64,000 bases of DNA from an uncultured cyanobacterium (GCA_963793265.1 CAWBZI010000007.1:32001-96000); one strand, 5' to 3'. Shown: positions 8,523 through 17,800, counted from the first letter of the stretch. Numbers and translations are program-made. The notes: a model not told the origin generated them from the sequence alone.

Positions 8523-11501
8523 ATGTTTTCTGTTCAACCTGCTCAGCCGTTAAAAGCGGACTGTAAGGGCACGCGATCGCTGGCGGGTAACGAGGCGCTG
8601 CCGCTTAATACTGCCGGTCAGATTTGGCAGGTTGAGTCGGGGGCGCTGGGCATTTTTAGCGTGGCCCAGGAGAATGGAGAGCCGGTGGGTGCCAGGCACT
8701 ATTTGTTTACGGTGCCAGCCGGTGAGGTGGCGCTAGGACTTGAGTCGGGAAAGGGACGCTATGGGCTAATTGCGATCGCCTTCGAGCCGACCCAGCTACG
8801 TCAGATAACGTGGCAAGCGCCGAGCTGGAAGGAAGAGGCCAGCTCAAAGAACGGGCAGAGCGTGCTTAAAAATGTCTATCATTCTCTGGCCGTACAGCTC
8901 ACAGGATGGTGCGATCATTTCAGCCAGATCAAGGGATTTCCAAAGCCTGCTGCCGCTGTCAGTGTGTTCTCAAGTCACTATCTTTCGCTGAATGATAGCG
9001 ATCGCTACGGCCCTGACGATCAGCTCGTTTGGCTGCGGCTGAGCCGGGGCAAGGCGCTTTGGCTGGGCGATGAGGGAATGCCGATTTTAAGAACGGGTCT
9101 GTTTCCGATGGGCGTGGGTACCTGGATTGAGATTCAAGAGAGTGCGGAGGTAGCGCTGTATAAAGGCGCGACTCGCCAGCGCGCAACTGATTTGGGGCCA
9201 ACTGATATTGAGCTGATGTTTGCAGGTATTGCGCAGTTTCATGCTCACTGTTTGCAGGTGATTCAACAGATTATTACTGAGCAGGCGCAGTCAGACTTGC
9301 AGCATTTTCAGCAGCGGCAGCAGCTCAATCAAAAGAATACGCAGCAAACGCTGCAGGGGCTCGCGTCTTTACTCAAGCCTGAAGACGACAGCTATTTGAC
9401 GGCTGATACGCCTTTGTTGATTGCCGCCGGGGCGGTGGGTAAGTCGCTGGGGGTAAAAATTTCGCCGCCGAGCACTTCGGAGAATATGGCGCAGCTTAAG
9501 GAGCCGTTGGAGGCGATCGCGCGGGCTTCTCAGCTCAGGCTGCGGCAGGTTTTACTGCGGGGCGACTGGTGGAAAAAAGACAGCGGGCCGATGGTGGGCT
9601 ATCTGGTTGAGGAAACTTCAGAAAAAGAGCGCGAGCAGGGTCAGCCGGTGGCGCTGCTGCCAGTGAAAGACAGTCGCTATGAGCTGTTAGATCCGGTGAC
9701 GCTAAAGCGATCGCTAGTAGATAATGCGCTGGCTGAAAAAATAGTGCCGACAGCGCATGTGTTCTACCGGCCCCTGCCAGAAGGCAAGCTGAACGCTTGG
9801 ACGCTGCTGCGGTTCGCTTTTTATGGCCGTCAGCGCGACATGATTATGGTGGGGCTGACCGGCGTAGCGATTTCGCTGCTGGGCATGGCGATTCCGCAGG
9901 CGACGGCGGTGCTAATCGACGATGCGATTCCCTACGGGAGCCGGGGCATTTTGATTCAGATTGGGCTGGCTTTGCTGGCGGTTGCTTTTGGCCGGTCGTG
10001 CTTTCAGTTCGCTCAGGCGATCGCCTCCATGCGAATCGAAACGGCCTCGGATGTAACGCTGCAAGCTGCCGTATGGGATCGCTTGCTGAAGCTGCACACG
10101 TCCTTTTTTCGAGACTATTCAACCGGTGACCTGCAGTCGCGAGTCTCTAGCATTAGCGCGATTCGCAGCAGGCTCAGTGGCACTGCCTTAGACGGGCTAC
10201 TCTCGGGCGTGTTTGCGCTGCTTAACTTAGGACTGTTGTTTTACTACAGTGCCAGGCTAGCGGTATTGGCGCTGTTTGTTGCGTTTATTGTAATGGTGGT
10301 GACGGTGGTTTCGGGCGCTATTTTGCTCAAAAAGCAGCGGCCATTGTTGGAGCTAGACGGTCAGCTTTATGGCCTGATGGTGCAGCTGATTAACGGCGTT
10401 TCTAAGCTGCGAATTGCCGGGGCTGAGCCGCGCGCTTTTGCCCAGTGGGGTGAGAAGTACCGGCAGCAGCTTCAGCTTGATTTAAGCACGCAGCGACTGG
10501 AAGATGCGGTGAGCGTTTTTAACGGGGCGATGCCGACGCTGACGGCGATTGGCCTGTTTGCCCTCTCAAGTACGCTGGTAAATCCGATGCAGGATGCGGG
10601 GTTTACGCCAGGTACGTTTTTGGCCTTTAATGCGGCGTTTGCGCTGTTTATTGGCGGGGCGACGGGGCTGAGCTTGACATTAATTGACGTGCTAACGGTG
10701 TTGCCGCTTTGGCAGCGATCACAGCCCATTTTAGCCGCAATGCCCGAGGTGGATACGCAAAAGTCTGATCCTGGCCGATTGACCGGGCGCATTTGCCTAG
10801 ATCACGTCACCTTTCGCTATCGCGATGATGGCCCGCTGATTTTAGATGACGTGACGGTGGAAGCCTATCCGGGTGAATTTATTGCGCTAGTCGGCCCGTC
10901 TGGTTCTGGCAAATCAACGGTGCTGAGGCTGCTGTTGGGCTTTGAAACGCCGCAGTCGGGCACCGTTTACTACGACAGTCAAGACGTGACAGGCATCGAC
11001 ATTACGGCGGTGAGGCGGCAGCTAGGGGTCGTGCTGCAAAACGGTCGGATCAACGCTGGCTCGATTTTCGAGAATATTTCAGGTGGAGCGTTGATTAACT
11101 TGGATGATGCTTGGAAGGCTGCTGAGATGGCAGGCTTTGCTGAAGATGTGCGTGGTTTTCCGATGCAGATGCATACGGTTATTAGTGAAGGCGGGACTAA
11201 TCTTTCAGGCGGGCAGCGGCAGCGGCTGGTGATTGCGCGGGCGCTGGCGCTCAACCCTAAGATTTTGCTATTAGATGAGGCGACGAGCGCGCTTGATAAT
11301 CGGACGCAGGCGATTGTAAGTGAGAGCTTAGATCGGCTCAATGTGACGCGGATTGTAGTAGCTCATCGGCTGAGCACGATTCGCAATGCGGATCGGATTT
11401 ATGTGATCAAAGCAGGGCGAGTTGTGCAGCAGGGGAGCTTTGAGGAGCTGGCGGGGCAGGCGGGGGTGTTTGCTGAGCTGACTAAGCGGCAGATGGCGTG
11501 A
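8523..11501 (+). CDS. NHLP-family bacteriocin export ABC transporter, permease/ATPase partner subunit
   Basis: N-terminal cNMP-like region, LRGDWWKKDSGP motif, TM domain, GPSGSGKST, LSGGQRQR. Confidence 0.93.
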   Translation: MFSVQPAQPLKADCKGTRSLAGNEALPLNTAGQIWQVESGALGIFSVAQENGEPVGARHYLFTVPAGEVALGLESGKGRYGLIAIAFEPTQLRQITWQAPSWKEEASSKNGQSVLKNVYHSLAVQLTGWCDHFSQIKGFPKPAAAVSVFSSHYLSLNDSDRYGPDDQLVWLRLSRGKALWLGDEGMPILRTGLFPMGVGTWIEIQESAEVALYKGATRQRATDLGPTDIELMFAGIAQFHAHCLQVIQQIITEQAQSDLQHFQQRQQLNQKNTQQTLQGLASLLKPEDDSYLTADTPLLIAAGAVGKSLGVKISPPSTSENMAQLKEPLEAIARASQLRLRQVLLRGDWWKKDSGPMVGYLVEETSEKEREQGQPVALLPVKDSRYELLDPVTLKRSLVDNALAEKIVPTAHVFYRPLPEGKLNAWTLLRFAFYGRQRDMIMVGLTGVAISLLGMAIPQATAVLIDDAIPYGSRGILIQIGLALLAVAFGRSCFQFAQAIASMRIETASDVTLQAAVWDRLLKLHTSFFRDYSTGDLQSRVSSISAIRSRLSGTALDGLLSGVFALLNLGLLFYYSARLAVLALFVAFIVMVVTVVSGAILLKKQRPLLELDGQLYGLMVQLINGVSKLRIAGAEPRAFAQWGEKYRQQLQLDLSTQRLEDAVSVFNGAMPTLTAIGLFALSSTLVNPMQDAGFTPGTFLAFNAAFALFIGGATGLSLTLIDVLTVLPLWQRSQPILAAMPEVDTQKSDPGRLTGRICLDHVTFRYRDDGPLILDDVTVEAYPGEFIALVGPSGSGKSTVLRLLLGFETPQSGTVYYDSQDVTGIDITAVRRQLGVVLQNGRINAGSIFENISGGALINLDDAWKAAEMAGFAEDVRGFPMQMHTVISEGGTNLSGGQRQRLVIARALALNPKILLLDEATSALDNRTQAIVSESLDRLNVTRIVVAHRLSTIRNADRIYVIKAGRVVQQGSFEELAGQAGVFAELTKRQMA

Positions 11502-11617
11502 TTTGTTGTAGAGGATCTTCTCTCATAATCCCTAAGCAAACCCTTATGTGTTTATCATCTATGCCACTGCTGTGACGGCGATACTGCTCATATGCACCAC
11601 TCAAACAAAGAGGTCGT

Positions 11618-12079
11618 ATGAAAATGCAGCTCATGGCGAAACTTGGAATATCTGGTTTGGTTGTTGCGATCGCCACCATCGCCTATCAACCCATCCTTCA
11701 AGCCCAAAATCAGACTCAGAAAAGCCCGCTTGCATCTACGCAGCTTGTCTCTCAGAACGCATTAAAAAGCGCAGCCTTTGTCGGTGAGGCTCATCCTGCG
11801 ACGGGCTCGGCCAAAATTGTTGAAGATAACGGTCAGCGCTATCTAGAGTTTGACGCGGCGTTTCGTACGGATGCTGGGCCTGATTTGGTTGTACTGCTGC
11901 ATAAAGAAGCCGTGCCTAGTGACTATGGCCCTGAAAACTACATCAACTTAGGCCAAATTCAGCGAGTAGGCGGGATGCAGCGCTATGCCATTCCGGCTGA
12001 CGCAGATCTGCAGGCGATTCAGTCAGCGGTAGTCTGGTGCCGTGCCTTCGATGTAACGTTTGCTTACGCGACCCTTTAG
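11618..12079 (+). CDS. Secreted DM13 domain protein
   Basis: Signal peptide; GPDLVVLL, G.QRYAIP, VVWCRAFDVTF.YATL. Confidence 0.88.
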   Translation: MKMQLMAKLGISGLVVAIATIAYQPILQAQNQTQKSPLASTQLVSQNALKSAAFVGEAHPATGSAKIVEDNGQRYLEFDAAFRTDAGPDLVVLLHKEAVPSDYGPENYINLGQIQRVGGMQRYAIPADADLQAIQSAVVWCRAFDVTFAYATL

Positions 12080-12202
12080 ACCAATATCCGCAGGATCTAA
12101 AGAAATCTGTCAGTAAATTCTCATCATTTACTAAGGATAAAATTTTTGAACTCGATACGGTGTTTAAAAGACAACTGTAAACCCTTTAGAAGGTAAAAAT
12201 CC

Positions 12203-12394
12203 ATGGCAGATACATCGAAAGCCGCTAAGCCAGAAGACCAGATTTCAGATGAGCAGCTAGAAGGCGTTGTTGGTGGCAACAAAATTCAAAAAACTCGTCT
12301 GGAGCAGCTAGATACTCGCGACTCTAGCAAGAGCGTTGATAACATCCAAGAGACTCGCTTAGAGCAGCTAGAGAATAACGATTCTAGCAAGTAA
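12203..12394 (+). CDS. Double-glycine leader precursor peptide 1 (63 aa) with duplicated core
   Basis: Leader ISDEQLEGVVGG; RBS-like AGAAGGT; the core repeats differ at several synonymous positions. Confidence 0.85.
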   Translation: MADTSKAAKPEDQISDEQLEGVVGGNKIQKTRLEQLDTRDSSKSVDNIQETRLEQLENNDSSK

Positions 12395-12441
12395 GCGCTT
12401 GGTTTAAGTAGAGGGCTAAAAGTCTTTTGCTTATAGTCAGC

Positions 12442-12480
12442 AGGTGCTCCAGGCTATGCTCTTGGAGCACCTATTTGTTT
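12442..12480 (+). terminator. Rho-independent terminator-like hairpin after precursor 1
   Basis: AGGTGCTCCA (12442-12451) / TGGAGCACCT (12463-12472), followed by ATTTGTTT. Confidence 0.7.
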
Positions 12481-12506
12481 GAGGTGTGTGCCACAGGTAT
12501 TTGATA

Positions 12507-12743
12507 ATGGAACAGAACGCTCAAAGTGTTGAAAGAGATCTTGAAAGCAAACAGCTTGAAAGCAAGCAAGGTGCTCAGGTTGATGCAGCAGAAAAGGATG
12601 GGAGCGATCGCATCTCGGATGAACAGCTCGAAGCGGCTGTCGGCGGCGTCAGTGAGCCCAGCGGACGCTTGAAGATCACCAATAATCGAACGGTAGATCG
12701 GCCTGCGGGTGTTGAAAGCGCTGACAGTGTAGGATCGGCGTAG
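12507..12743 (+). CDS. Double-glycine leader precursor peptide 2 (78 aa from ATG 12507)
   Basis: Leader ends ISDEQLEAAVGG, matching precursor 1; 31-aa core. Confidence 0.78.
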   Translation: MEQNAQSVERDLESKQLESKQGAQVDAAEKDGSDRISDEQLEAAVGGVSEPSGRLKITNNRTVDRPAGVESADSVGSA

Positions 12744-12769
12744 CTTTAAAAGAAGATAGAGATCTACAG

Positions 12770-13432
12770 GTGCCTATCATGGCGAGAGCGCCGCAGTTCT
12801 TGGTGATTGACGATCATGAGGCTATTTTAGCGGGTACGCTGCCTGCGCTACAGCAGCAATATCCGCAGGCCAGTATTGCGACTGCGCAGACTGAACGAGC
12901 TGCAGAAAGGCAGATTGTTCAGCACAACTCTGATTTTATTATTCTGGATTTGATTTTGCCGGAAACTACGTCGGCTCATGCAACGGTTGACACGGGATTG
13001 CGGCTATTGCACAAGCTAATGAACCGCAAGCCAGCGCCCAATATCATGGTGCTAAGCATTAATGTGATGCCGCTGATTCGGCTAAAGGCTGCAATTAACG
13101 TTTATGAGGGCGGTTTTGTTGCGATTGATAAGTCGCTATCGCTTGAAGAGATGCTGCACTTTGTCGATATGGCCCTGAGAGGCTCGGTTTATTTACCGAC
13201 TGCGATTAGGTCGCGCCCGGAGGTAGATATGAAATGGGTACGCGTGCTTCAGCTCAAGTTTCACAAAGGGCTTTCGGATGTGGCGATCGCGCGCGAAATG
13301 GGAATTAGCGATCGCACTGTTCGCAATTACTGGGTTCGCATTCAAGATATGCTCAATGTGTATGAAACGCCAGAGCAAGACACACGCGCTCAGGTTCAGA
13401 TTGCCGCACGGAGGGCTGGTTTAATTAATTAG
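12770..13432 (+). CDS. NarL-type response regulator (start may be ATG 12779)
   Basis: IDDH, IILDLILP, IDKS; HTH GLSDVAIAREMGISDRTVRNYW. Confidence 0.9.
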   Translation: MPIMARAPQFLVIDDHEAILAGTLPALQQQYPQASIATAQTERAAERQIVQHNSDFIILDLILPETTSAHATVDTGLRLLHKLMNRKPAPNIMVLSINVMPLIRLKAAINVYEGGFVAIDKSLSLEEMLHFVDMALRGSVYLPTAIRSRPEVDMKWVRVLQLKFHKGLSDVAIAREMGISDRTVRNYWVRIQDMLNVYETPEQDTRAQVQIAARRAGLIN

Positions 13433-13434
13433 GA

Positions 13435-15384
13435 ATGCGGCAACAGCGCTCTCAACCACCACGTAAAATCTTAACGAAGCGACTGTCTGAATGGAGAGAT
13501 CTAGCGCTGCCGGGTTTGTTGATTATTGGCTTAATTTGCCTGGTTCGCATATCAGGGCTGCTACAGGTTCAAGAATGGATGGTGCTAGACACCTTTTCTC
13601 GTAGCTGCCCGCCCCAAAAGGCTTCAGACAGAATTGCTTTGGTGAGTGTAGATGCCGCTGACTATCAGGCGTTAGGCGAATTCCCGCTCTCTAGCCAAAG
13701 CCTGATGGATGCTTTGGTTACGCTCAAACAATATCAGCCGCGCGTGATTGGGCTGGATATTTATAAAGACTTACCGCTGCTGACGGGCAAAGATGAGCTG
13801 TATCAGCTCGTGACTTCTATGCCCAACGTAGTAACGGTAGAGGTTGCTTTAGACGAAAATACCATGACCGTTTCGCCGCCGCCGGGTGTGCCCCCAGCGC
13901 AGGTTGGTTTTGCAGATATTATGACCGACGCTGATGGAAAAATGCGTCGGATTGCGCTAACAAAGCCTGGCGTTGAGGGGATTAAGTACTCATTGGCTCT
14001 GCAGCTTGTCAGGCAGTATCTTAGGGCAGACGGTGTTTTGTTGCAGCCGGGTCACACTGCTGATGACCCTATTCGGATTGCGGATGTTATGCTCTCGCAA
14101 TTTCGGGCTAATTCGGGCGGCTATGTTCGTGCGGATGCGAGTGGGCACCAGATATTGATGAACTTTTGCATGTTGCAAAGGCCCTACGACACGATCACAT
14201 TACGAGACTTGCTGGCAAGTCGTGACAGCTCGCAACCGCAGGCTGCTTTGTTGGAAACGCTACGCGATCGCATTGTGATTATTGGCAATATTGACACCAG
14301 TGCTAAAGACAGCTTTATTACGGCTGCTGTTCGCGATACTTTGTACTCCGCTCGTATTGGCGGCCTGCCTAAAACAACAAAGCTTATCTATGGCATAGAG
14401 GCACATGCCCATGCGGTTAAACAGATTGTAAGCTCCGTGCTAGATCGCCCCTGTGTGCTTACGACCTGGCCTAATGTTATTGAGTATTTGTGGATTGTTG
14501 TTTGGGGGTTTTTTGGCATATCCCTTAGCGTTTTGCTAATGTCGCCGTGGAAGAGCGTGATTGGATTAGCGATCGCAACCCTGTTTTTATTAGGCGCTGG
14601 CTATATCGCACTCAACCACAATCTATGGATTCCGGTGGTGCCTACAGCAATCGCCCTATGCGGAGCGGGTTTAGTGACAGCTTTCTTTGATCGAGATATG
14701 CGCTTTGAGCTGGTGCAGCAAAAGATAGCGGTAGAGCGAACCTACGAAGCTTTTCACAATGGGCCATTGCAGCGATTAGCGGCTATTTTACGCAGCCTGA
14801 GGAAAGAATCTACGCTATCTAACGAACAACGCCGTCGATTGCAAGAACTCAATATAGAAATGCGAGGCATTTTTGAGAGAATGCGCCAGGATACAAACGC
14901 AGGCTCTAACAGTCTGTATCTCATCGACAACACGGCGCTTGATTTGCAGCAGCCTTTGCCGGTACTGCTTTATCAGGTTTACGAAACAACGCTCAATCAG
15001 AATCTACCTGGATTTTCTAATGTCGAAAGCTACATCTTTCCAAATTTTGAAGATCTTCAGCAGGGACGCTTCAAATTAGAACAAAAGCGCGGGCTTTGTC
15101 TATTTTTACAAGAAGCGCTCATCAATATCGGCAAGTATGGCGCTGGGGCGACGCGCATTGATGTGATCTGTCAGCTAGAGGCAAGGCAATATCGGCTTCA
15201 GATTGTGGACAATGGCCCAGGGCTAGATGACCAGCTCAACAATACAGGGCAGGGAACTCGACAAGCCGTACGCCTAGCCCGTCAGCTTAAGGGGACATTT
15301 CGTCGGGTTTCTGGGGCTAATTTTGATGATAAGGAGGGCGGATTGATGCGCGGAGTTCTGTGTGAAATAATTTGGCCTAAGTAA
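13435..15384 (+). CDS. CHASE2-domain membrane sensor histidine kinase
   Basis: CHASE2 motifs (PRVIGLDIY, QVGFAD..D.DG..RR, YGIEAHA), three TM helices, HNGPLQ H-box, QEALINIGKY, DNGPG. Confidence 0.88.
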   Translation: MRQQRSQPPRKILTKRLSEWRDLALPGLLIIGLICLVRISGLLQVQEWMVLDTFSRSCPPQKASDRIALVSVDAADYQALGEFPLSSQSLMDALVTLKQYQPRVIGLDIYKDLPLLTGKDELYQLVTSMPNVVTVEVALDENTMTVSPPPGVPPAQVGFADIMTDADGKMRRIALTKPGVEGIKYSLALQLVRQYLRADGVLLQPGHTADDPIRIADVMLSQFRANSGGYVRADASGHQILMNFCMLQRPYDTITLRDLLASRDSSQPQAALLETLRDRIVIIGNIDTSAKDSFITAAVRDTLYSARIGGLPKTTKLIYGIEAHAHAVKQIVSSVLDRPCVLTTWPNVIEYLWIVVWGFFGISLSVLLMSPWKSVIGLAIATLFLLGAGYIALNHNLWIPVVPTAIALCGAGLVTAFFDRDMRFELVQQKIAVERTYEAFHNGPLQRLAAILRSLRKESTLSNEQRRRLQELNIEMRGIFERMRQDTNAGSNSLYLIDNTALDLQQPLPVLLYQVYETTLNQNLPGFSNVESYIFPNFEDLQQGRFKLEQKRGLCLFLQEALINIGKYGAGATRIDVICQLEARQYRLQIVDNGPGLDDQLNNTGQGTRQAVRLARQLKGTFRRVSGANFDDKEGGLMRGVLCEIIWPK

Positions 15385-15435
15385 TGGTTTTCTGGTCTAA
15401 CATGTGACGAGCTAGTAAGAATAGGAAATTAAAAC

Positions 15436-15651
15436 ATGGCTTTAGATCAGCTTGAAGCGTTCTTGAAAAAAATGCAGTCTGACCCGGATCTTAAAAGTGA
15501 AGTCGTCGCAGCATCAACTGCGGATGACGTTGCGCGAATAGCGCTAAAGCTCGGTTTTGAATTTTCAGGAGATGAATTACTAAGAATGTCAGGGCGGAAA
15601 GTTGGTAAAGTGACTGTTGTGAAAACAGAAACGCCTGGAGAGTACAACTAA
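15436..15651 (+). CDS. Nif11-like leader peptide family small protein
   Basis: LEAFLKKMQSDPDLK..A...DDV..IA...GFEFS.DEL. Confidence 0.82.
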   Translation: MALDQLEAFLKKMQSDPDLKSEVVAASTADDVARIALKLGFEFSGDELLRMSGRKVGKVTVVKTETPGEYN

Positions 15652-17036
15652 CTGCTTTTCCTGGCATTTACAAAGGTACGAACAGACCGCTTAATATCTT
15701 CTTCGGTTGTGGCCCATGAGCAAATGCTGATCCGAATGGCGGCTCTGTCTTTCCAAGTTGTTCCACCTACCCAGCATTCGCCGGATTGTTGAATGTTGGT
15801 CATGGTTATGCGGGTGGCTTCGTCACTGCCTGCGGTGACTAAAACCTGATTGAAAACAATGTCGTTTAGAACTTCAAAACCTTCGTCACCGAGCGCTTCG
15901 CCCATTTGAACTGCTCTTTGGTGTAGTCCGTACACTAATTCATCAACGCCCGCTTTGCCAAGATACTTTAAGGTGGCCCAGAGTTCTATAGCGCGCGATC
16001 GCCTGGACATTTCGGGCGTATACAACATGCCATCTCTGTTCTCGCTGTAGGTCATGTATGGCCCGGAGGTGTGTAGCGCGTGAGTGAGCGCAGCTTTATC
16101 ACGACATAGAATAATGCCGCTGTCGTAGGGCGTGTTGAGGGTTTTATGACCGTCGCCTGACCAAGAGTTTGCTTTTTCGATGCCACAGGTGAGGTGGCGG
16201 AGCCTTTGGGTGCCTGCTGCCCATAGGCCAAACGCGCCGTCTATGTGTGCCCAGGCGTTGGCTTTGTTGGCCTCGGTGCAAAGTTCATCGATTGGATCGA
16301 ATGCGCCTGTGCTGACCTGGCCTGCTTGCAGAATAAGGATGGTGCTGTCGTCTAGCTTGGGCAGGCGAGCGGGGATGATGCGGCCCTGAGCGTCGGTGTC
16401 TGCCCATTCTATGTTGTCGGTGCCGAGGCCAAGAAGTGCGATCGCTTTAACCACGGTGCCGTGCGTCTGTCGGCCTGTAACAACGCTTACCTTCGGCGCG
16501 CCGTTAAGCCCTTGCTTGTTAATATCCCAACCTTTGCTTTGCAAAATTCGGTATCGGGCCGCTGCTAGGCCACAAAAGATTGAGAGAGAAGAGCCGCTGA
16601 CGAAACCAGCTACCGTTTGAGCAGGTAGCCCCAGCAAGTCAATTAGCCAGGTTTCAACAACAGCTTCAAGCGTAGAGGCAATGGGAGACATAGCGTAGAG
16701 CGCTGAGTTTTGATCCCAAAAATCGGATAGCCAGCGGGTGGCTAAGGCAACAGGTAAAACGCCGCCTGTTACGAAGCCAAAGTAGCGGCCTCCGGTGCCT
16801 GCGGTGGTGGCGGGCGCGCCGTATGTGTGCAGGGTTTCTAAAATCTCAGCAGCTTCTCCAACTTCAGCAGGTAAGTCCTCAACAAAAACCGCTAGGTTCG
16901 CAAGCGCTTCATCTGTTGGAAAAACGGGCCGTTCGAGCGCGTCGCCTGCGTAGTCAAAGGCATAGCGCTGGGCCTGGCTGAATACTTCTTTGTGCTTCAT
17001 GTCCTGAAACATCTTTTTCTGAAAGCTATCAACCAT
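15648..17036 (-). CDS. PLP-dependent group II decarboxylase family protein
   Basis: RYFGFVTGG, WAHIDGAFGLW, DGHKTLNTPYD (PLP lysine). Confidence 0.88.
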   Translation of the reverse strand: MVDSFQKKMFQDMKHKEVFSQAQRYAFDYAGDALERPVFPTDEALANLAVFVEDLPAEVGEAAEILETLHTYGAPATTAGTGGRYFGFVTGGVLPVALATRWLSDFWDQNSALYAMSPIASTLEAVVETWLIDLLGLPAQTVAGFVSGSSLSIFCGLAAARYRILQSKGWDINKQGLNGAPKVSVVTGRQTHGTVVKAIALLGLGTDNIEWADTDAQGRIIPARLPKLDDSTILILQAGQVSTGAFDPIDELCTEANKANAWAHIDGAFGLWAAGTQRLRHLTCGIEKANSWSGDGHKTLNTPYDSGIILCRDKAALTHALHTSGPYMTYSENRDGMLYTPEMSRRSRAIELWATLKYLGKAGVDELVYGLHQRAVQMGEALGDEGFEVLNDIVFNQVLVTAGSDEATRITMTNIQQSGECWVGGTTWKDRAAIRISICSWATTEEDIKRSVRTFVNARKSS

Positions 17037-17067
17037 GCGCTTTGTCCTCTAGCAATCGACTAATATA

Positions 17068-17526
17068 TCATTTGAAATCGCCCGGTCGAGCGGCTATCCA
17101 CTTTTCGTCGGCGAGCTGAATGACCATCAGCCGAGCAGGCTCATCGCCAACCGTGCCGGAGAGATGTCCTTTGTGCCCTTTGCTGTTGGCCCTGGTGTTC
17201 TGATCGCCGCCAAAGGAGATGTCGCCTGGGCCCATTTCTACGCGATCGCCATCCATTGTTTCGACAAACCATCGACCCGACAAAGGCACAATCCACTGCG
17301 GCTTAGGATTTTCGTGCCATTCCCCAACCCAGCCCACAGGCTGCACGGTAAACAACACTTCAGCCTCACCTGTCATCAGGCGATTGTTCCACTGCGGGTC
17401 AGCATCACCCCCCATACTTTCTTTTTGAAACTCGCTCAGTTCGCAGCGGGTTTGATGGCTAACACCGTCATCGTCAGTCCATACGTGCCAATACTTTGTC
17501 GTGGGTTTGTTCTCGGTTTCAGCCAT
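17068..17526 (-). CDS. Cupin domain protein
   Basis: WHENPKPQW..PLSG.W.VET.DG..VEMGPGD; ATG at 17526 preferred over 17568. Confidence 0.8.
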   Translation of the reverse strand: MAETENKPTTKYWHVWTDDDGVSHQTRCELSEFQKESMGGDADPQWNNRLMTGEAEVLFTVQPVGWVGEWHENPKPQWIVPLSGRWFVETMDGDRVEMGPGDISFGGDQNTRANSKGHKGHLSGTVGDEPARLMVIQLADEKWIAARPGDFK

Positions 17527-17800
17527 AAGTTCGGACGCTCTAGGTTGCCAGATATCTATGATAGTCATTCTTGTTGCTACTCAAGTAAGCGTGACCCAGC
17601 AGCGAGTGTGGCCGTATCACGAACAAATTGCCGATTTTGGCATCTGTAGACTGAGATTTCGTACTACCAGTATTTACCCTGAGAGCTTCATGAAAACTTA
17701 CTTTTCGTACAAGCTCTCAGAATCTTCACGGGCACAATAAGCACACACCCTTCTTAAGTCTCATTTGCCCCTTCCTTGTGAATTGTACGCCAGCCATTTT

